A stretch of 64,000 bases of DNA, taken from positions 31,970 to 95,969 of the forward strand of contig DASSXV010000025.1 of the NCBI GenBank assembly GCA_035703635.1, read 5' to 3'. The notes beneath the pieces are model-generated. The model was given only the letters and a program-made list of their open reading frames with translations. It did no database searches and was not told the DNA's origin. The DNA is from Trueperaceae bacterium (GTDB taxonomy: Bacteria > Deinococcota > Deinococci > Deinococcales > Trueperaceae). Below, one piece after another: positions 1 through 9,378 of the stretch; position 1 is the stretch's first letter, and every line of letters starts with the position of its first letter. The translations under genes were made by a program, and so were the position numbers.

Positions 1-59
1 CCGTGAAGGACGCGCGCGCTAGGCAACTGCCTAGTCTGTGGCGGCATTAGTGATGATCG

Positions 60-1085
60 TCAGGCCGCGCGCTCCGCCAGGTCTTCCAGCAGGGCGGCCA
101 ACTGTGAGGCCGCCTGTTGATCTGGCAGGCTCCCTAGCCACGCCTTCACCCCTGCGAGGCCCCTTGCCGCCCGCGTTTCCGCTACGTTCTGGGCGTGCGT
201 TAGCGAGCCGTGCTCGTGTATGAGCTGCAGCACTTCGGCCATCTCGTCAGCTGTTTTCTCGCCCCTTGGCCGCGCCAACAGGCCGATGACGCGCTTCCGC
301 TCCCCACCGCCTAGCCTGGCGAGCAGGTGGGCGAGAATCAGGGTGCGCTTGCCCTCGTAGAGGTCGCCCGCCGCCTCCTTGCCATAATCCGTGCTTGGGC
401 TCAAGTTGAGCACGTCGTCGCGGATCTGGAACGCTACTCCGAGGTCGACGGCCGCCTCCTCGAGCTGGTGAGGCGCGTCGACACCTGCACACAACGCTCC
501 GAGGCGCAGTGGCGTCACGACCGTGTAGTAGGCGGTCTTGAGGGTGACCATGCGCAGGTAATCGTCTTCCGTCACGTCGAAGGTCCCTGAGCTCACCCAG
601 GCGAGGTCGAGGTGCTGACCGGCAGCGGTGGCGAGGAGCATGGTGGTGAACTCGTCGAGCAGCGCCGCCCTGTTCGCGTGAGGGCCTTCTGGCAGGCCGA
701 GAAGGTGACGCCACATGAGCATGTGCATGGCGTCGCCGACGTTGAGCGCAAGCGGCATGCCGATCTCGCGGTGGAGTGCGGGCAGCCCGCGCCGCTCCTC
801 CGAGCCGTCCTCGATGTCGTCGTGAACCAGTACCCAGTTCTGGAACAGTTCCAGGGCCTCTGCGAGGCGCATGGCCGCCTCGTCATCGCGCGCACCGTTC
901 GCCCTTGCGGACCACACGAGCAGTTGGCCGCGCAGCGTCTTGCCGGGCCGCTGCGGGTACTCACGCAGGAGCAGCCGGAAGCGCTCGAGTTCGGCGGCCA
1001 CTGCCGGACTCGCGCCCGCGCCTGGTACTTCAAGGGTTGCTATGGCACGCATGACGCCGCGGCGGATGTTGGATGCCAATGTCAC
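60..1085 (-). CDS. Polyprenyl (geranylgeranyl-type) diphosphate synthase
   Basis: GKTLRG, LVHDDIED (first Asp-rich motif), GQHLDL, KTAYY and FQIRDD motifs. Start uncertain: GTG at 1085 (7 nt after TATACT) or ATG at 1052. Confidence 0.9.
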   Translation of the reverse strand: MTLASNIRRGVMRAIATLEVPGAGASPAVAAELERFRLLLREYPQRPGKTLRGQLLVWSARANGARDDEAAMRLAEALELFQNWVLVHDDIEDGSEERRGLPALHREIGMPLALNVGDAMHMLMWRHLLGLPEGPHANRAALLDEFTTMLLATAAGQHLDLAWVSSGTFDVTEDDYLRMVTLKTAYYTVVTPLRLGALCAGVDAPHQLEEAAVDLGVAFQIRDDVLNLSPSTDYGKEAAGDLYEGKRTLILAHLLARLGGGERKRVIGLLARPRGEKTADEMAEVLQLIHEHGSLTHAQNVAETRAARGLAGVKAWLGSLPDQQAASQLAALLEDLAERAA

Positions 1086-1141
1086 ACGCGCAAGTATACG
1101 GTGGGCCCGACGGGAGCGAGCGCTTACCCCAAAACGAGAGC

Positions 1142-1161
1142 GCCCCGGCGTAAACCGGGGC
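1142..1161 (-). terminator. Hairpin at end of opp operon
   Basis: GCCCCGG-N6-CCGGGGC inverted repeat just downstream of the small ORF. The T tract is weak and offset. Confidence 0.5.
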
Positions 1162-1182
1162 AACTCACGGGTGCTGACGAGC

Positions 1183-1353
1183 TCAGCGGAACAAGTAGGT
1201 TGTGACCACCCACGTGGCGATGAGCATGAGCACCACGAACAGGACGACGTAGGGCAGGGAGGTGGCGTAAGTCGCGAGGATCAGCTTGAGGATCTCGCGC
1301 GGTGGCAGCTTGCGGTCGTTGCCGCCTCCGTTCTTGTCACCACTGGCGCCCAC
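1183..1353 (-). CDS. Small single-pass membrane protein, 56 aa (not in ORF track)
   Basis: GTG start preceded by GAGGTGA, 8 nt after the oppF stop. Translation MGASGDKNGGGNDRKLPPREILKLILATYATTLPYVVLFVVLMLIATWVVTTYLFR; GC3-rich codons. Confidence 0.7.
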   Translation of the reverse strand: MGASGDKNGGGNDRKLPPREILKLILATYATSLPYVVLFVVLMLIATWVVTTYLFR

Positions 1354-1361
1354 TCTTCACC

Positions 1362-2366
1362 TCAACGGTTGATGCACGCCTTGAAGTGACCTGGTGAGAC
1401 TTCGACGAGCGGCGGGATGACTTCCGCGCACTCCTTGGTCGCGATGGGGCAGCGCGTGCGGAACACGCAACCGGACGGCGGGTTGATGGGTGAGGGGATG
1501 TCGCCCTGCAAGATGACGCGGTCACGCTTGATGGTCGGATCGGGGATGGGCACGGCCGAGAGCAACGCTTCGGTGTACGGGTGGATGGGGTTGGCGTACA
1601 GCTCTTTGGCTGGCGCGATCTCCATGATGCGGCCGAGGTACATGACGATCACGTGATCGGAGATGTACTCGACTACCCCGAGGTCGTGCGCGATGAACAG
1701 CAGCGTGAGGCCGAGCTCGTCCTTCAGGTCCTGAAGGAGGTTCACGACCTGCGCCTGAATCGACACGTCGAGCGCGGAGACCGGCTCGTCAGCCACGATG
1801 AACTGCGGGTTGACGGCCAGGGCGCGCGCGATGCCGATGCGCTGCCGTTGACCGCCGGAGAACTCGTGCGGGTAGCGGCGCATGTGCGACGGCGACAGGC
1901 CGACTTTCTCGAGGAGTTGCGCCACGCGCTGCTCGCGGTCCTTGCCACGGGCGAGGTTGTGGATCGTCATGGCCTCGCCGATGATGTCGCCGACCGACAT
2001 GCGCGGGTTGAGGCTCGCGAACGGGTCCTGGAAGATGATCTGCATGCGCTTGCGGTACTCGCGCATGTGCGACTTGCTTAGCTTCGTGACGTCGACGCCG
2101 TCGAACAAGACCTCGCCAGCCGAAGGCTCGATGAGCCTGAGGATGGAGCGACCGACGGTCGTCTTGCCGGAGCCTGACTCGCCCACCAGACCGACGACTT
2201 CGCCGCGCTTGACGTTGAAGCTCACGTCCTCGACGGCCTTGACGTTGGCGACCACGCGCGAGAAGATGCCGCCGCGAATGGGGAAGTACTTGCGCAGGTT
2301 CTTGATCTCGAGGAGGTTCTCTGACTGTGGGGCCTGCACTGCGCCCTTGGTACGCTCGTTGCTCAT
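1362..2366 (-). CDS. oppF: Oligopeptide/dipeptide ABC transporter ATPase
   Basis: [24 protein letters not shown] and C-terminal HPYT...CVFRTRC. Start MSNERT overlaps the oppD stop (ATGA). Confidence 0.92.
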   Translation of the reverse strand: MSNERTKGAVQAPQSENLLEIKNLRKYFPIRGGIFSRVVANVKAVEDVSFNVKRGEVVGLVGESGSGKTTVGRSILRLIEPSAGEVLFDGVDVTKLSKSHMREYRKRMQIIFQDPFASLNPRMSVGDIIGEAMTIHNLARGKDREQRVAQLLEKVGLSPSHMRRYPHEFSGGQRQRIGIARALAVNPQFIVADEPVSALDVSIQAQVVNLLQDLKDELGLTLLFIAHDLGVVEYISDHVIVMYLGRIMEIAPAKELYANPIHPYTEALLSAVPIPDPTIKRDRVILQGDIPSPINPPSGCVFRTRCPIATKECAEVIPPLVEVSPGHFKACINR

Positions 2367-3376
2367 GCCGGGATCTCCGCTTTGAGGTCGAGTTCCTGCC
2401 ACCTGACGCAGCGCACCATGTGCCCGTGACCGGTGTCGACGAGGTCGGGGACGGCCACCTTGCACTTGTCTTGTACGAAGCGGCAGCGTGGGTGGAAGGC
2501 GCAACCTGCTGGCAGGTTGAGGGGGTTAGGCACGTTGCCTGGGATGGCCTGCAGCCGCTCTTGGTGCTCGGCGGCGCGGTCGACGCGCGGGATGGAGTTG
2601 AGAAGTCCGAGCGTGTACGGCATCTTCGGGTCGGCGAAGATGTCGTTGACGTGCGCTTCCTCAACGGCGCGACCCGCGTACATGACGACGGCCCTGTCCG
2701 CCATCTCCGCCACGACCCCGAGGTCGTGGGTGATGAAGAGAATCGACATGCCGATCTCGTTCTGCAGCTTGCGCATGAGGTCGAGGATCTGCGCCTGGAT
2801 GGTCACGTCGAGGGCCGTGGTTGGCTCGTCCGCGATGAGCAACTTCGGGCCGCACGACAGTGCCATGGCGATCATCACGCGTTGACGCATGCCGCCCGAC
2901 ATCTGGTGCGGGAAGTTCTTCACGCGCTTGCCTGGCTCCGGGATGCCGACCAGGTCAAGCATCTCGGCCGCGAGTTTCATGGCGTCGCGGTACGACTTGT
3001 TCTGGTGCAGGACGATGGCCTCGGCGATCTGATCGCCGACCGTGTAAACGGGGTTGAGGCTCGTCATCGGCTCCTGGAAGATCATGGAGATGTCGTTACC
3101 GCGGATGCGCCGCATCTCGCGCTCGGTCTTGGTCACCAAGTCCTTGCCTTCGAAGAGGATCTTGCCGCCCGCGATGCGCCCTGGAGGGGTGGGGATCAAG
3201 CGCATCATGGAGAGGCTCATCACCGACTTGCCCGAGCCGGACTCGCCGACGACGGCTAGGGTCTCGCCTTTGTCGAGGTGGAAACTCACCCCGTCGACGG
3301 CCTTCACCGTGCCTTCGTCCGTGTCGAAGTAAGTCTTGAGATCGACGACCTCAAGGAGCCGTTCTTTATTAGCCAT
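2363..3376 (-). CDS. oppD: Oligopeptide/dipeptide ABC transporter ATPase
   Basis: [26 protein letters not shown] and GCAFHPRC motifs. Confidence 0.93.
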   Translation of the reverse strand: MANKERLLEVVDLKTYFDTDEGTVKAVDGVSFHLDKGETLAVVGESGSGKSVMSLSMMRLIPTPPGRIAGGKILFEGKDLVTKTEREMRRIRGNDISMIFQEPMTSLNPVYTVGDQIAEAIVLHQNKSYRDAMKLAAEMLDLVGIPEPGKRVKNFPHQMSGGMRQRVMIAMALSCGPKLLIADEPTTALDVTIQAQILDLMRKLQNEIGMSILFITHDLGVVAEMADRAVVMYAGRAVEEAHVNDIFADPKMPYTLGLLNSIPRVDRAAEHQERLQAIPGNVPNPLNLPAGCAFHPRCRFVQDKCKVAVPDLVDTGHGHMVRCVRWQELDLKAEIPA

Positions 3377-3537
3377 CTATGCGTACACTCCTCACTTGAT
3401 GATTGCGAAGCCAGGCCGTTACGAGAACGGTTGCTTAGGAATAGCCGAGCCAGGCGCACGGTTCAGATAAGCGCGGCGCGCCTCGCAACATAGTGGTGAG
3501 ACTGTGGAAATACGCCCGACTTACCTTGGGCCCCGCG

Positions 3538-4809
3538 TCATCTACGCTTCTTGGGGTCGAAGGCGTCCCGTAGGCCGTCGCCGAGCAGGTTCCAGCATAA
3601 CACCGCGAAGAGGATAGGGATACCAGGTATCAGGAGCCAGGGCACGAACTGGATGCTGATGCCGCGCGAAGTCGCGTCACGCAGCAGAAGGCCCCAGCTT
3701 GCCGTATCTAGTTCGCTCGGGCCTAACCCGAGGAACGACAAGCCCGTCTCCGCTAGGATGAACCCTGGGATGGAGAGGGTGAGGTCAACTATCACGTAGC
3801 TCGCGGTGCTCGGCAGCAAGTGGCGCCACAGCACGCGCGTCTCGCTTGCGCCAAGCGCCTTGGCCGCCGCCGCGTAGTCGAGCTCACGGGCCGACAGGAT
3901 GAGGCTGCGGATGATGCGCGCCAAGCCGCCCCAACCCACGAAGCCGAGCACGACGACCGTCAGTAGGAACGTCTGCGCGGACGTCATCTGCAGTCCGAAC
4001 GCCTTCGCGAGCGGGTTATTCGGGTCCCTAAGCAGCGAAGACAGCACGATCAGCAGGAACAGACCGGGTATGGCGGCGAAGACCTCCACCAGGCGCATTA
4101 TCAAGTCGTCGACGAAACCGCCGTAGAAGCCAGCTATGCCGCCTAACAACAACCCGAGGAAGAAGGCGACCCACACTGCCAAGATGCCGATGGTGAGGCT
4201 CACCTGACCGCCGAACAGCACGCGTGAGAAGAGGTCCTTACCTAGGTTGTTCGAGCCCCACAGGAATATCCGAGCAGGGTCGTCGACCCCGAACAGGTGA
4301 AGGTCCGACTTGAAGAGGCCGAGGACCTTGTAAGGCTGCGACGGGCGGTGGACGAAGAACTTGATCGGGTAGCGCGTGTCGGTTACGTCCTCGTAAACCC
4401 GCTGCCGCGTGATGGGGTCGCGTGATTCGACGACGTCGTACACGAACGGGCGCGTCAGCTTGCCGGTGTCCGGATCCGTCCAGTGGATCTGCGTTGGCGG
4501 CCTGAAAGCCGCCGCAGGCGAACGGCGATACTCGTTGATGCCGTACGGCGCGAGGAAGCCAGCGAAGATGGCCGTCAGGTACATGAAGACGAGGATCCAG
4601 CCGCCGATCAAGGCAGCCTTGTGGCGCCTGAACTGCTCCCAGACGATGCGGCCTTGGCTCTTGCTCTCGCGCGTGAGTAGCGGACCGGCTTGGCGCTCGA
4701 ACGAGGCCTCGTCCTGCTGGGTGGTCGGCTCGTCGCCGTGGAGGCCAGCGCCCTCGAAGTTGGGGCCTTCGGTCTCTGGCGCCATCTTCTCGTCGTTTCT
4801 ATCGGTCAT
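3538..4809 (-). CDS. oppC: Peptide ABC transporter permease
   Basis: GKDLFSRVLFGGQVSL, AAKALGAS..R...RHLLP and LGDGLRDAFDP motifs. Confidence 0.92.
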   Translation of the reverse strand: MTDRNDEKMAPETEGPNFEGAGLHGDEPTTQQDEASFERQAGPLLTRESKSQGRIVWEQFRRHKAALIGGWILVFMYLTAIFAGFLAPYGINEYRRSPAAAFRPPTQIHWTDPDTGKLTRPFVYDVVESRDPITRQRVYEDVTDTRYPIKFFVHRPSQPYKVLGLFKSDLHLFGVDDPARIFLWGSNNLGKDLFSRVLFGGQVSLTIGILAVWVAFFLGLLLGGIAGFYGGFVDDLIMRLVEVFAAIPGLFLLIVLSSLLRDPNNPLAKAFGLQMTSAQTFLLTVVVLGFVGWGGLARIIRSLILSARELDYAAAAKALGASETRVLWRHLLPSTASYVIVDLTLSIPGFILAETGLSFLGLGPSELDTASWGLLLRDATSRGISIQFVPWLLIPGIPILFAVLCWNLLGDGLRDAFDPKKRR

Positions 4810-4818
4810 GGCCGGGCC

Positions 4819-5820
4819 TCAGCTGTACCGGATCCGCGGGTCGACAGCGGCCAGTAGCAGGTCAGAGAGGACGTTTCCGAACATCAGGAGGATGGTCGTG
4901 ATGACTAGCAGTCCAAGGACAACGTAGATGTCCTGTGAGCTGAGGGCCGTGAGGAAAGTGGGGGTGATGCCAGGCCACGACATGACGACCTCGACCAGGC
5001 CGGCACCGCCAACCAGGCCAGGCAGCACGCTGCCGATGCCGGCTACGAACGGGATGATGGCTGGCCTAAGCGCGTGCTTGTAGGTGACTTTCGTGTTGCC
5101 GATGCCTTTGGCGCGCGCCGTGCGGATGAAGTCTGAACCGAGGTACTCGATCATCTGCGCGCGTAGCACTCGCGTGAAGCCCGCCATGCCGGAGGTCGCG
5201 ACGACCAGCGACGGGATCAGCATGTGCCACATCACGTCGAGGAACTTGCCGAACGGCGTGAGGGAGAGATAGTTGCTGCTGGTCATGCCGGCCACTGGGA
5301 AGATGAGTTGGTTGTAGCCGAACCAGTCCTTGGTCAGCGTCCGCAGCAGGAACAGCGCGAGGATGATCACCTGGGCAAGGAAGAAGTTAGGTGTCGCCAA
5401 GCCGAGGTAAGAGAGGATGCTGACCGTTTGGTCGCCTACCGAATACTGCCTTACGGCCGAGTAGACCCCAGCGGGAACGGACACCGCCCAGAGAAGCACC
5501 AGCGATAGCAGAGCAAGATACATGCTGTTGCGCATGGGGTTGGCGATGCGCTGCCATACCGGCTGGTTCGACACGAACGACTGTCCGAGGTTGCCAACGG
5601 CGAGGTTCTTCATCCACGTCACGTACTGCACGTAGACGGGTTTATCAAGGCCGAACTCAGCACGCATGCGTTGGATGGTCTCTGGCCGGACGTTCGGCTC
5701 GAGTTCCTTGGCCTTGAAGAAGTCACCAGGCACTAATTGGCTGATGAGGAACATCAGCATCGTTGCCCCGATGAAAGTGGGGATGAGCTGAAAGAGTCGC
5801 TTGACTAGGTAAACGAGCAC
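4819..5820 (-). CDS. oppB: Peptide ABC transporter permease
   Basis: GLDKP..VQY, FIRTARAKG and DPRIR motifs. Confidence 0.92.
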   Translation of the reverse strand: MLVYLVKRLFQLIPTFIGATMLMFLISQLVPGDFFKAKELEPNVRPETIQRMRAEFGLDKPVYVQYVTWMKNLAVGNLGQSFVSNQPVWQRIANPMRNSMYLALLSLVLLWAVSVPAGVYSAVRQYSVGDQTVSILSYLGLATPNFFLAQVIILALFLLRTLTKDWFGYNQLIFPVAGMTSSNYLSLTPFGKFLDVMWHMLIPSLVVATSGMAGFTRVLRAQMIEYLGSDFIRTARAKGIGNTKVTYKHALRPAIIPFVAGIGSVLPGLVGGAGLVEVVMSWPGITPTFLTALSSQDIYVVLGLLVITTILLMFGNVLSDLLLAAVDPRIRYS

Positions 5821-5931
5821 CGTTATGCCCCCTGTGCCGAACGCGCGGCGAGGTGCGCGTCGTAAAGGGCGTCAGGGCGCCCGTTGGCGGGATCAGAGAT
5901 TCGCATGTTCCATAAGATAGTTCTTCAGATG

Positions 5932-5958
5932 GAGTGGGCGGCGTAACGCCGCCCACTC
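5932..5958. terminator. Perfect 12-bp stem-loop between oppA and oppB
   Basis: GAGTGGGCGGCG-TAA-CGCCGCCCACTC. Position is typical of a stabilising or attenuating hairpin after a binding-protein gene. Confidence 0.65.
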
Positions 5959-5988
5959 TGGTACTGCTGCTTGGTCCTAGCCCCTAGC

Positions 5989-7740
5989 TTACTGGGCCTT
6001 GAAGAGGAGCGGCAGTTCCCACGCGCCGAGGAGCGGGTTGATCTCGCCCTCGTTGTGGTAGCCGCGGATGTTGCCTGCCCAGCTGTAGTGAGCCATCGGG
6101 CTGACGGCGTACAGGATGGGGATGAGGTCGGCTTCTACGGCCTGGATGTCGTAACCGATGTCGCGAGCGGCTTCGGTATCGAGCTCTTCACGGCCGACGT
6201 TGAACAGCTGAGACATGAGGGTCTCTTGCGTGGTCAAGCAGGCGTCGCTCGTGTTGTACATGTGGAGGTTGGTGGCGCAAGGTACGACGTTCACGCCGAA
6301 CGGCCAGTCGCGCGATCCGCCGGTGAGGCCGATCAGGATGGCGTCGAACGGACGGTCTTCGCCTTCGGAGAGGAGCTGGTCGACGAGCAGGTTGAAGTCG
6401 ATGGCCTGGACCTGGACGTCAACGCCGATCTCGCGGGCGCTGTCAGCGAAGAGCCCGGCGATCTGCTCGCGGGCCGTGTTGCCGGCGTTGGTCGCGAGGA
6501 TGAAGGACGCCTTGTCGCCGGCGGCGTTCACGAGGATGCCGTCGGAGTTCTTGGTGTCGAAGCCGATGCCGGCCATGAGGGCGGCTGCTGCTTCTGGGTC
6601 GTAAGGGTACTTCTCGACGTCGTGGTTGACCCAGAAGTCGTTGATCGGGTAGACGTTCGTGTACATCGGGATGCCCGAGCCGTTGTAGACCAGGTCGATG
6701 ATGGCGTCGCGGTCCATGACGTGCGCCATGGCGCGGCGGAAGTCGACGTTACGGAAGAGGGCCTGCTTGACGGGGTCGGAGGCCTTGTTCCAGTTCCAGA
6801 CGATGAACTGGCTGCTGGCGACGGGGCTGACGGCCTCGAGGACGATAGCGCTGATGTCGCCGTTGTTGACGGCCTGGTTGATGACACCGATGTCGTCAAG
6901 GTTACGCGGGCTGAAGGAGTCGATCTCGCCGGCGAGGTAGAGGTTGAGCGCGGAGTCGAGGTCGCCCGCGACGGTCATGGAGTAGCCGTCTAGGTACGGA
7001 AGGGCGTTACCTTCTTCGTCGACGTTCCACTCACCGAAGAACGGGTTGCGCTCGAGAACGATGCGCTCGCCAGGCTGGAAGGAGGTCGGGACGAACGAGG
7101 TCGACCAGACGGTCTTGGTGACGTCAACGTCGGTCCCCCAGAGGGCCTTGACGGCTTCGGCGCCGCCGCTGCGGTACGCCTCGCCGAAGATGGCGTCGGG
7201 CACCGGAATGACTGCGGCCACCGGGAAGGCGAGGCGGTCAGGGCGCGGGAAGTTGAAGCGCAGCCCGTTGTCGCCGACCTTCTCGACCGTGATGGCGTCG
7301 TCGCCCATGAACCAGCTGTCGTAGCCGTTGGAGCCGACATCCGGGTCGGTCTCGAGCACGTAGCGGAGGTAGTAGTCCTGGGCGGTGATGGGGCTACCGT
7401 CTGACCACTTCATGCCGTCGCGCACGACCATGTCGACCTGGGTGCCGTCTTCGTTGACCGTGTAGGACGCTGCCCCGTAAGGGAGCCAGGCGTCGGAGTC
7501 TGGGCCGCGGACGATCAGGGCGGCGCCGGTGTTGAAGAGGTAGTCGGAGAGGGCCTGCGACTCAGCGGAGGTCACGGGGTTGAACGTGCGCGGGTCGCCG
7601 ATGAGGGCGATGCGCAGCGTGCCGCCGTACGCGGCCTCACCTGGGGTGGCGTTGCTCCAGGCGCTCGGCCATACGAAGGGCTGGGCGAAGGCGAAGGACG
7701 CCACCGCCAGCAGGCTTAGACCGATTAGCAACTTCTTCAT
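5989..7740 (-). CDS. oppA: Peptide ABC transporter substrate-binding protein (family 5)
   Basis: Signal peptide MKKLLIGLSLLAVASFAFA; DPRTFNP, KWSDGSPITAQD and FRRAMAHVMDR motifs; RBS GGAGG. Confidence 0.9.
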   Translation of the reverse strand: MKKLLIGLSLLAVASFAFAQPFVWPSAWSNATPGEAAYGGTLRIALIGDPRTFNPVTSAESQALSDYLFNTGAALIVRGPDSDAWLPYGAASYTVNEDGTQVDMVVRDGMKWSDGSPITAQDYYLRYVLETDPDVGSNGYDSWFMGDDAITVEKVGDNGLRFNFPRPDRLAFPVAAVIPVPDAIFGEAYRSGGAEAVKALWGTDVDVTKTVWSTSFVPTSFQPGERIVLERNPFFGEWNVDEEGNALPYLDGYSMTVAGDLDSALNLYLAGEIDSFSPRNLDDIGVINQAVNNGDISAIVLEAVSPVASSQFIVWNWNKASDPVKQALFRNVDFRRAMAHVMDRDAIIDLVYNGSGIPMYTNVYPINDFWVNHDVEKYPYDPEAAAALMAGIGFDTKNSDGILVNAAGDKASFILATNAGNTAREQIAGLFADSAREIGVDVQVQAIDFNLLVDQLLSEGEDRPFDAILIGLTGGSRDWPFGVNVVPCATNLHMYNTSDACLTTQETLMSQLFNVGREELDTEAARDIGYDIQAVEADLIPILYAVSPMAHYSWAGNIRGYHNEGEINPLLGAWELPLLFKAQ

Positions 7741-7947
7741 ATATCTCCTCCATTAGAGGTAACTGTTGGCGTGGGCGTGAGCCGTTGCCGACCCCTACCT
7801 TCACGCTGTGGTTGACGCCTGCCTACGGTAACCTCACATCGCGAAACCTGCAAGACCGCTGAGACTGAACAGCAGCTGCCGCGTTGCGCGGAGGAGCCCG
7901 GCGGCCGGAGCGCCGGGTGGGCTATGTACATTTACCCACTTGGGTCG

Positions 7948-7977
7948 AATCTATCACCACGGTTCTTAGGGCGTCAA
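7948..7977 (-). promoter_or_regulatory. Sigma70-type promoter for opp operon
   Basis: TTGACG-N18-TAGATT with an extended -10 (TG-A-TAGATT) on the minus strand. Confidence 0.5.
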
Positions 7978-8048
7978 CGCGACGAGTACCGCGCATCTGC
8001 GCCCCAAGGTGGACCTGGTCGCTAATAGATCATGACGCGTGAGACGGC

Positions 8049-8097
8049 AAAAAAGTGCGGGGCGGCGTTCCAACTGCCGTTGGAAAGGCGCCCCGCT
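8049..8097 (-). terminator. Intrinsic terminator after secG
   Basis: GCGGGGCG...CGCCCCGC stem followed by ACTTTTTT on the minus strand. Confidence 0.7.
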
Positions 8098-8151
8098 TGA
8101 GTTAACCGAAGTTTTACCGTCACCTGCGCAGAGGCAGGGCGAACGACTAAC

Positions 8152-8382
8152 TCAGCGCGGGATCAGGCCGAGCAGGAGGGCGAGAACCGCCCACGCCACG
8201 GAAAGGTAGATCGTCGAGCGGTGCAGACCGCCCGCCGTGCCGCCCAGGCTGGCGCCGAAGTCGCCGCCCCCGCCGCCGCCAAGCGCGTCACCAAGACCAG
8301 ACTGCTTCGGTTCCTGCATGAGTATCGCGACCGTGAGTATCACGGACACGATCAAGAAGATTATGAACGCTATCCAGAACAT
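8152..8382 (-). CDS. secG: Preprotein translocase subunit SecG
   Basis: 76 aa, two TM helices, ILMQEPKQSGLG Gly-rich loop, RBS GGAGG. Confidence 0.85.
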   Translation of the reverse strand: MFWIAFIIFLIVSVILTVAILMQEPKQSGLGDALGGGGGGDFGASLGGTAGGLHRSTIYLSVAWAVLALLLGLIPR

Positions 8383-8435
8383 CCTGCCTCCACGAGCCGT
8401 CCGCGGCGTGCCTGTCGGCCGGTCGCGTACTTGAT

Positions 8436-8519
8436 TGGTGCCGAGAGCGGGACTCGAACCCGCACAGGTCGCCCCGGTTGATTTTGAGTCAACTGCGTCT
8501 ACCGTTCCGCCATCTCGGC
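8436..8519 (-). tRNA. tRNA-Leu (CAA)
   Basis: GCCGAGA/TCTCGGC acceptor stem, anticodon arm GTTGA-CTCAAAA-TCAAC, long variable arm, GGTTCGAGTCC, encoded CCA. Confidence 0.95.
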
Positions 8520-8649
8520 CCGTCACTGCCGCTGAATGCGACACACGGACGGTTGAGAATACTACCAACTCCAGCGTGCCGTGAGCAAGTTGCTTAGCGC
8601 TCTGAGGTCAGTCGGGGCGCCCCCAGGCGCGTGGTACCGTAGCGCTCGT

Positions 8650-9345
8650 ATGCGCGTGGCCATAGTGACGTTCCCCGGCAGCAATTGCGTCGAGGACGCA
8701 TCATACGCCCTCGGCGCCGTGCTTGGCGCCAGCACGTGGAACGTCTGGCACACGGCAGATACGCTCTCCAACTCAGGTAGTGCGCCGGAGGCGGTCGTCA
8801 TACCGGGCGGCTTCAGTTATGGCGATTACCTGCGCTGCGGCGCGCTGGCAGCACACAGCCCCGTCATGAAGGCCGTGCGGTCGTTCGCGGCAGCTGGTGG
8901 GCCGGTACTTGGCATCTGCAACGGCTTCCAAGTGCTGACCGAAGCCGGCTTGCTGCCAGGTCAACTCGCGCGCAACGCGGAGCTGCGCTTCATGTGTCGC
9001 GACGTTCACTTGCGCGTGGAGCGCACCGACTTGCCGTTCACGCGCCGCGCAAGCAGCGGTCAACTCCTGCGCTTGCCCGTTGCCCACGCAGATGGGCGCT
9101 ACTACGCTGACGACGCCGTCCTCGAGCGCCTCGAGGGCGAGGGGCAAGTGGCCTTGCGTTACGTCAGTGCCAGCGGCGCGCAAGTAGTGGACGCCAACCC
9201 CAACGGCAGCCGCAACGCCATCGCTGGCGTTACGAACGCCGCGGGCAACGTGCTCGGCATGATGCCTCACCCGGAACGCGCCGTCGAGGAGCTGCTTGGC
9301 GGGGAAGACGGCCGGGTCATCCTGGAATCGCTCCTAAGCAGTTGA
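8650..9345 (+). CDS. purQ: FGAM synthase glutaminase subunit
   Basis: FPGSNC, GGFSYGDYLR, GICNGFQ and MMPHPER motifs. Confidence 0.95.
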   Translation: MRVAIVTFPGSNCVEDASYALGAVLGASTWNVWHTADTLSNSGSAPEAVVIPGGFSYGDYLRCGALAAHSPVMKAVRSFAAAGGPVLGICNGFQVLTEAGLLPGQLARNAELRFMCRDVHLRVERTDLPFTRRASSGQLLRLPVAHADGRYYADDAVLERLEGEGQVALRYVSASGAQVVDANPNGSRNAIAGVTNAAGNVLGMMPHPERAVEELLGGEDGRVILESLLSS

Positions 9346-9378
9346 CGCCGAACTGCGTGCTTGTCGAAAGGAACCCTC

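Noticed and set aside
7737-7931. 64-aa ORF overlapping the oppA start
   Set aside because: No SD, atypical composition and no recognisable features; more likely untranslated leader.
8436-8519. tRNA genes (also 61296-61559) as island integration sites
   Set aside because: No integrase, duplicated tRNA 3' end or compositional shift seen.
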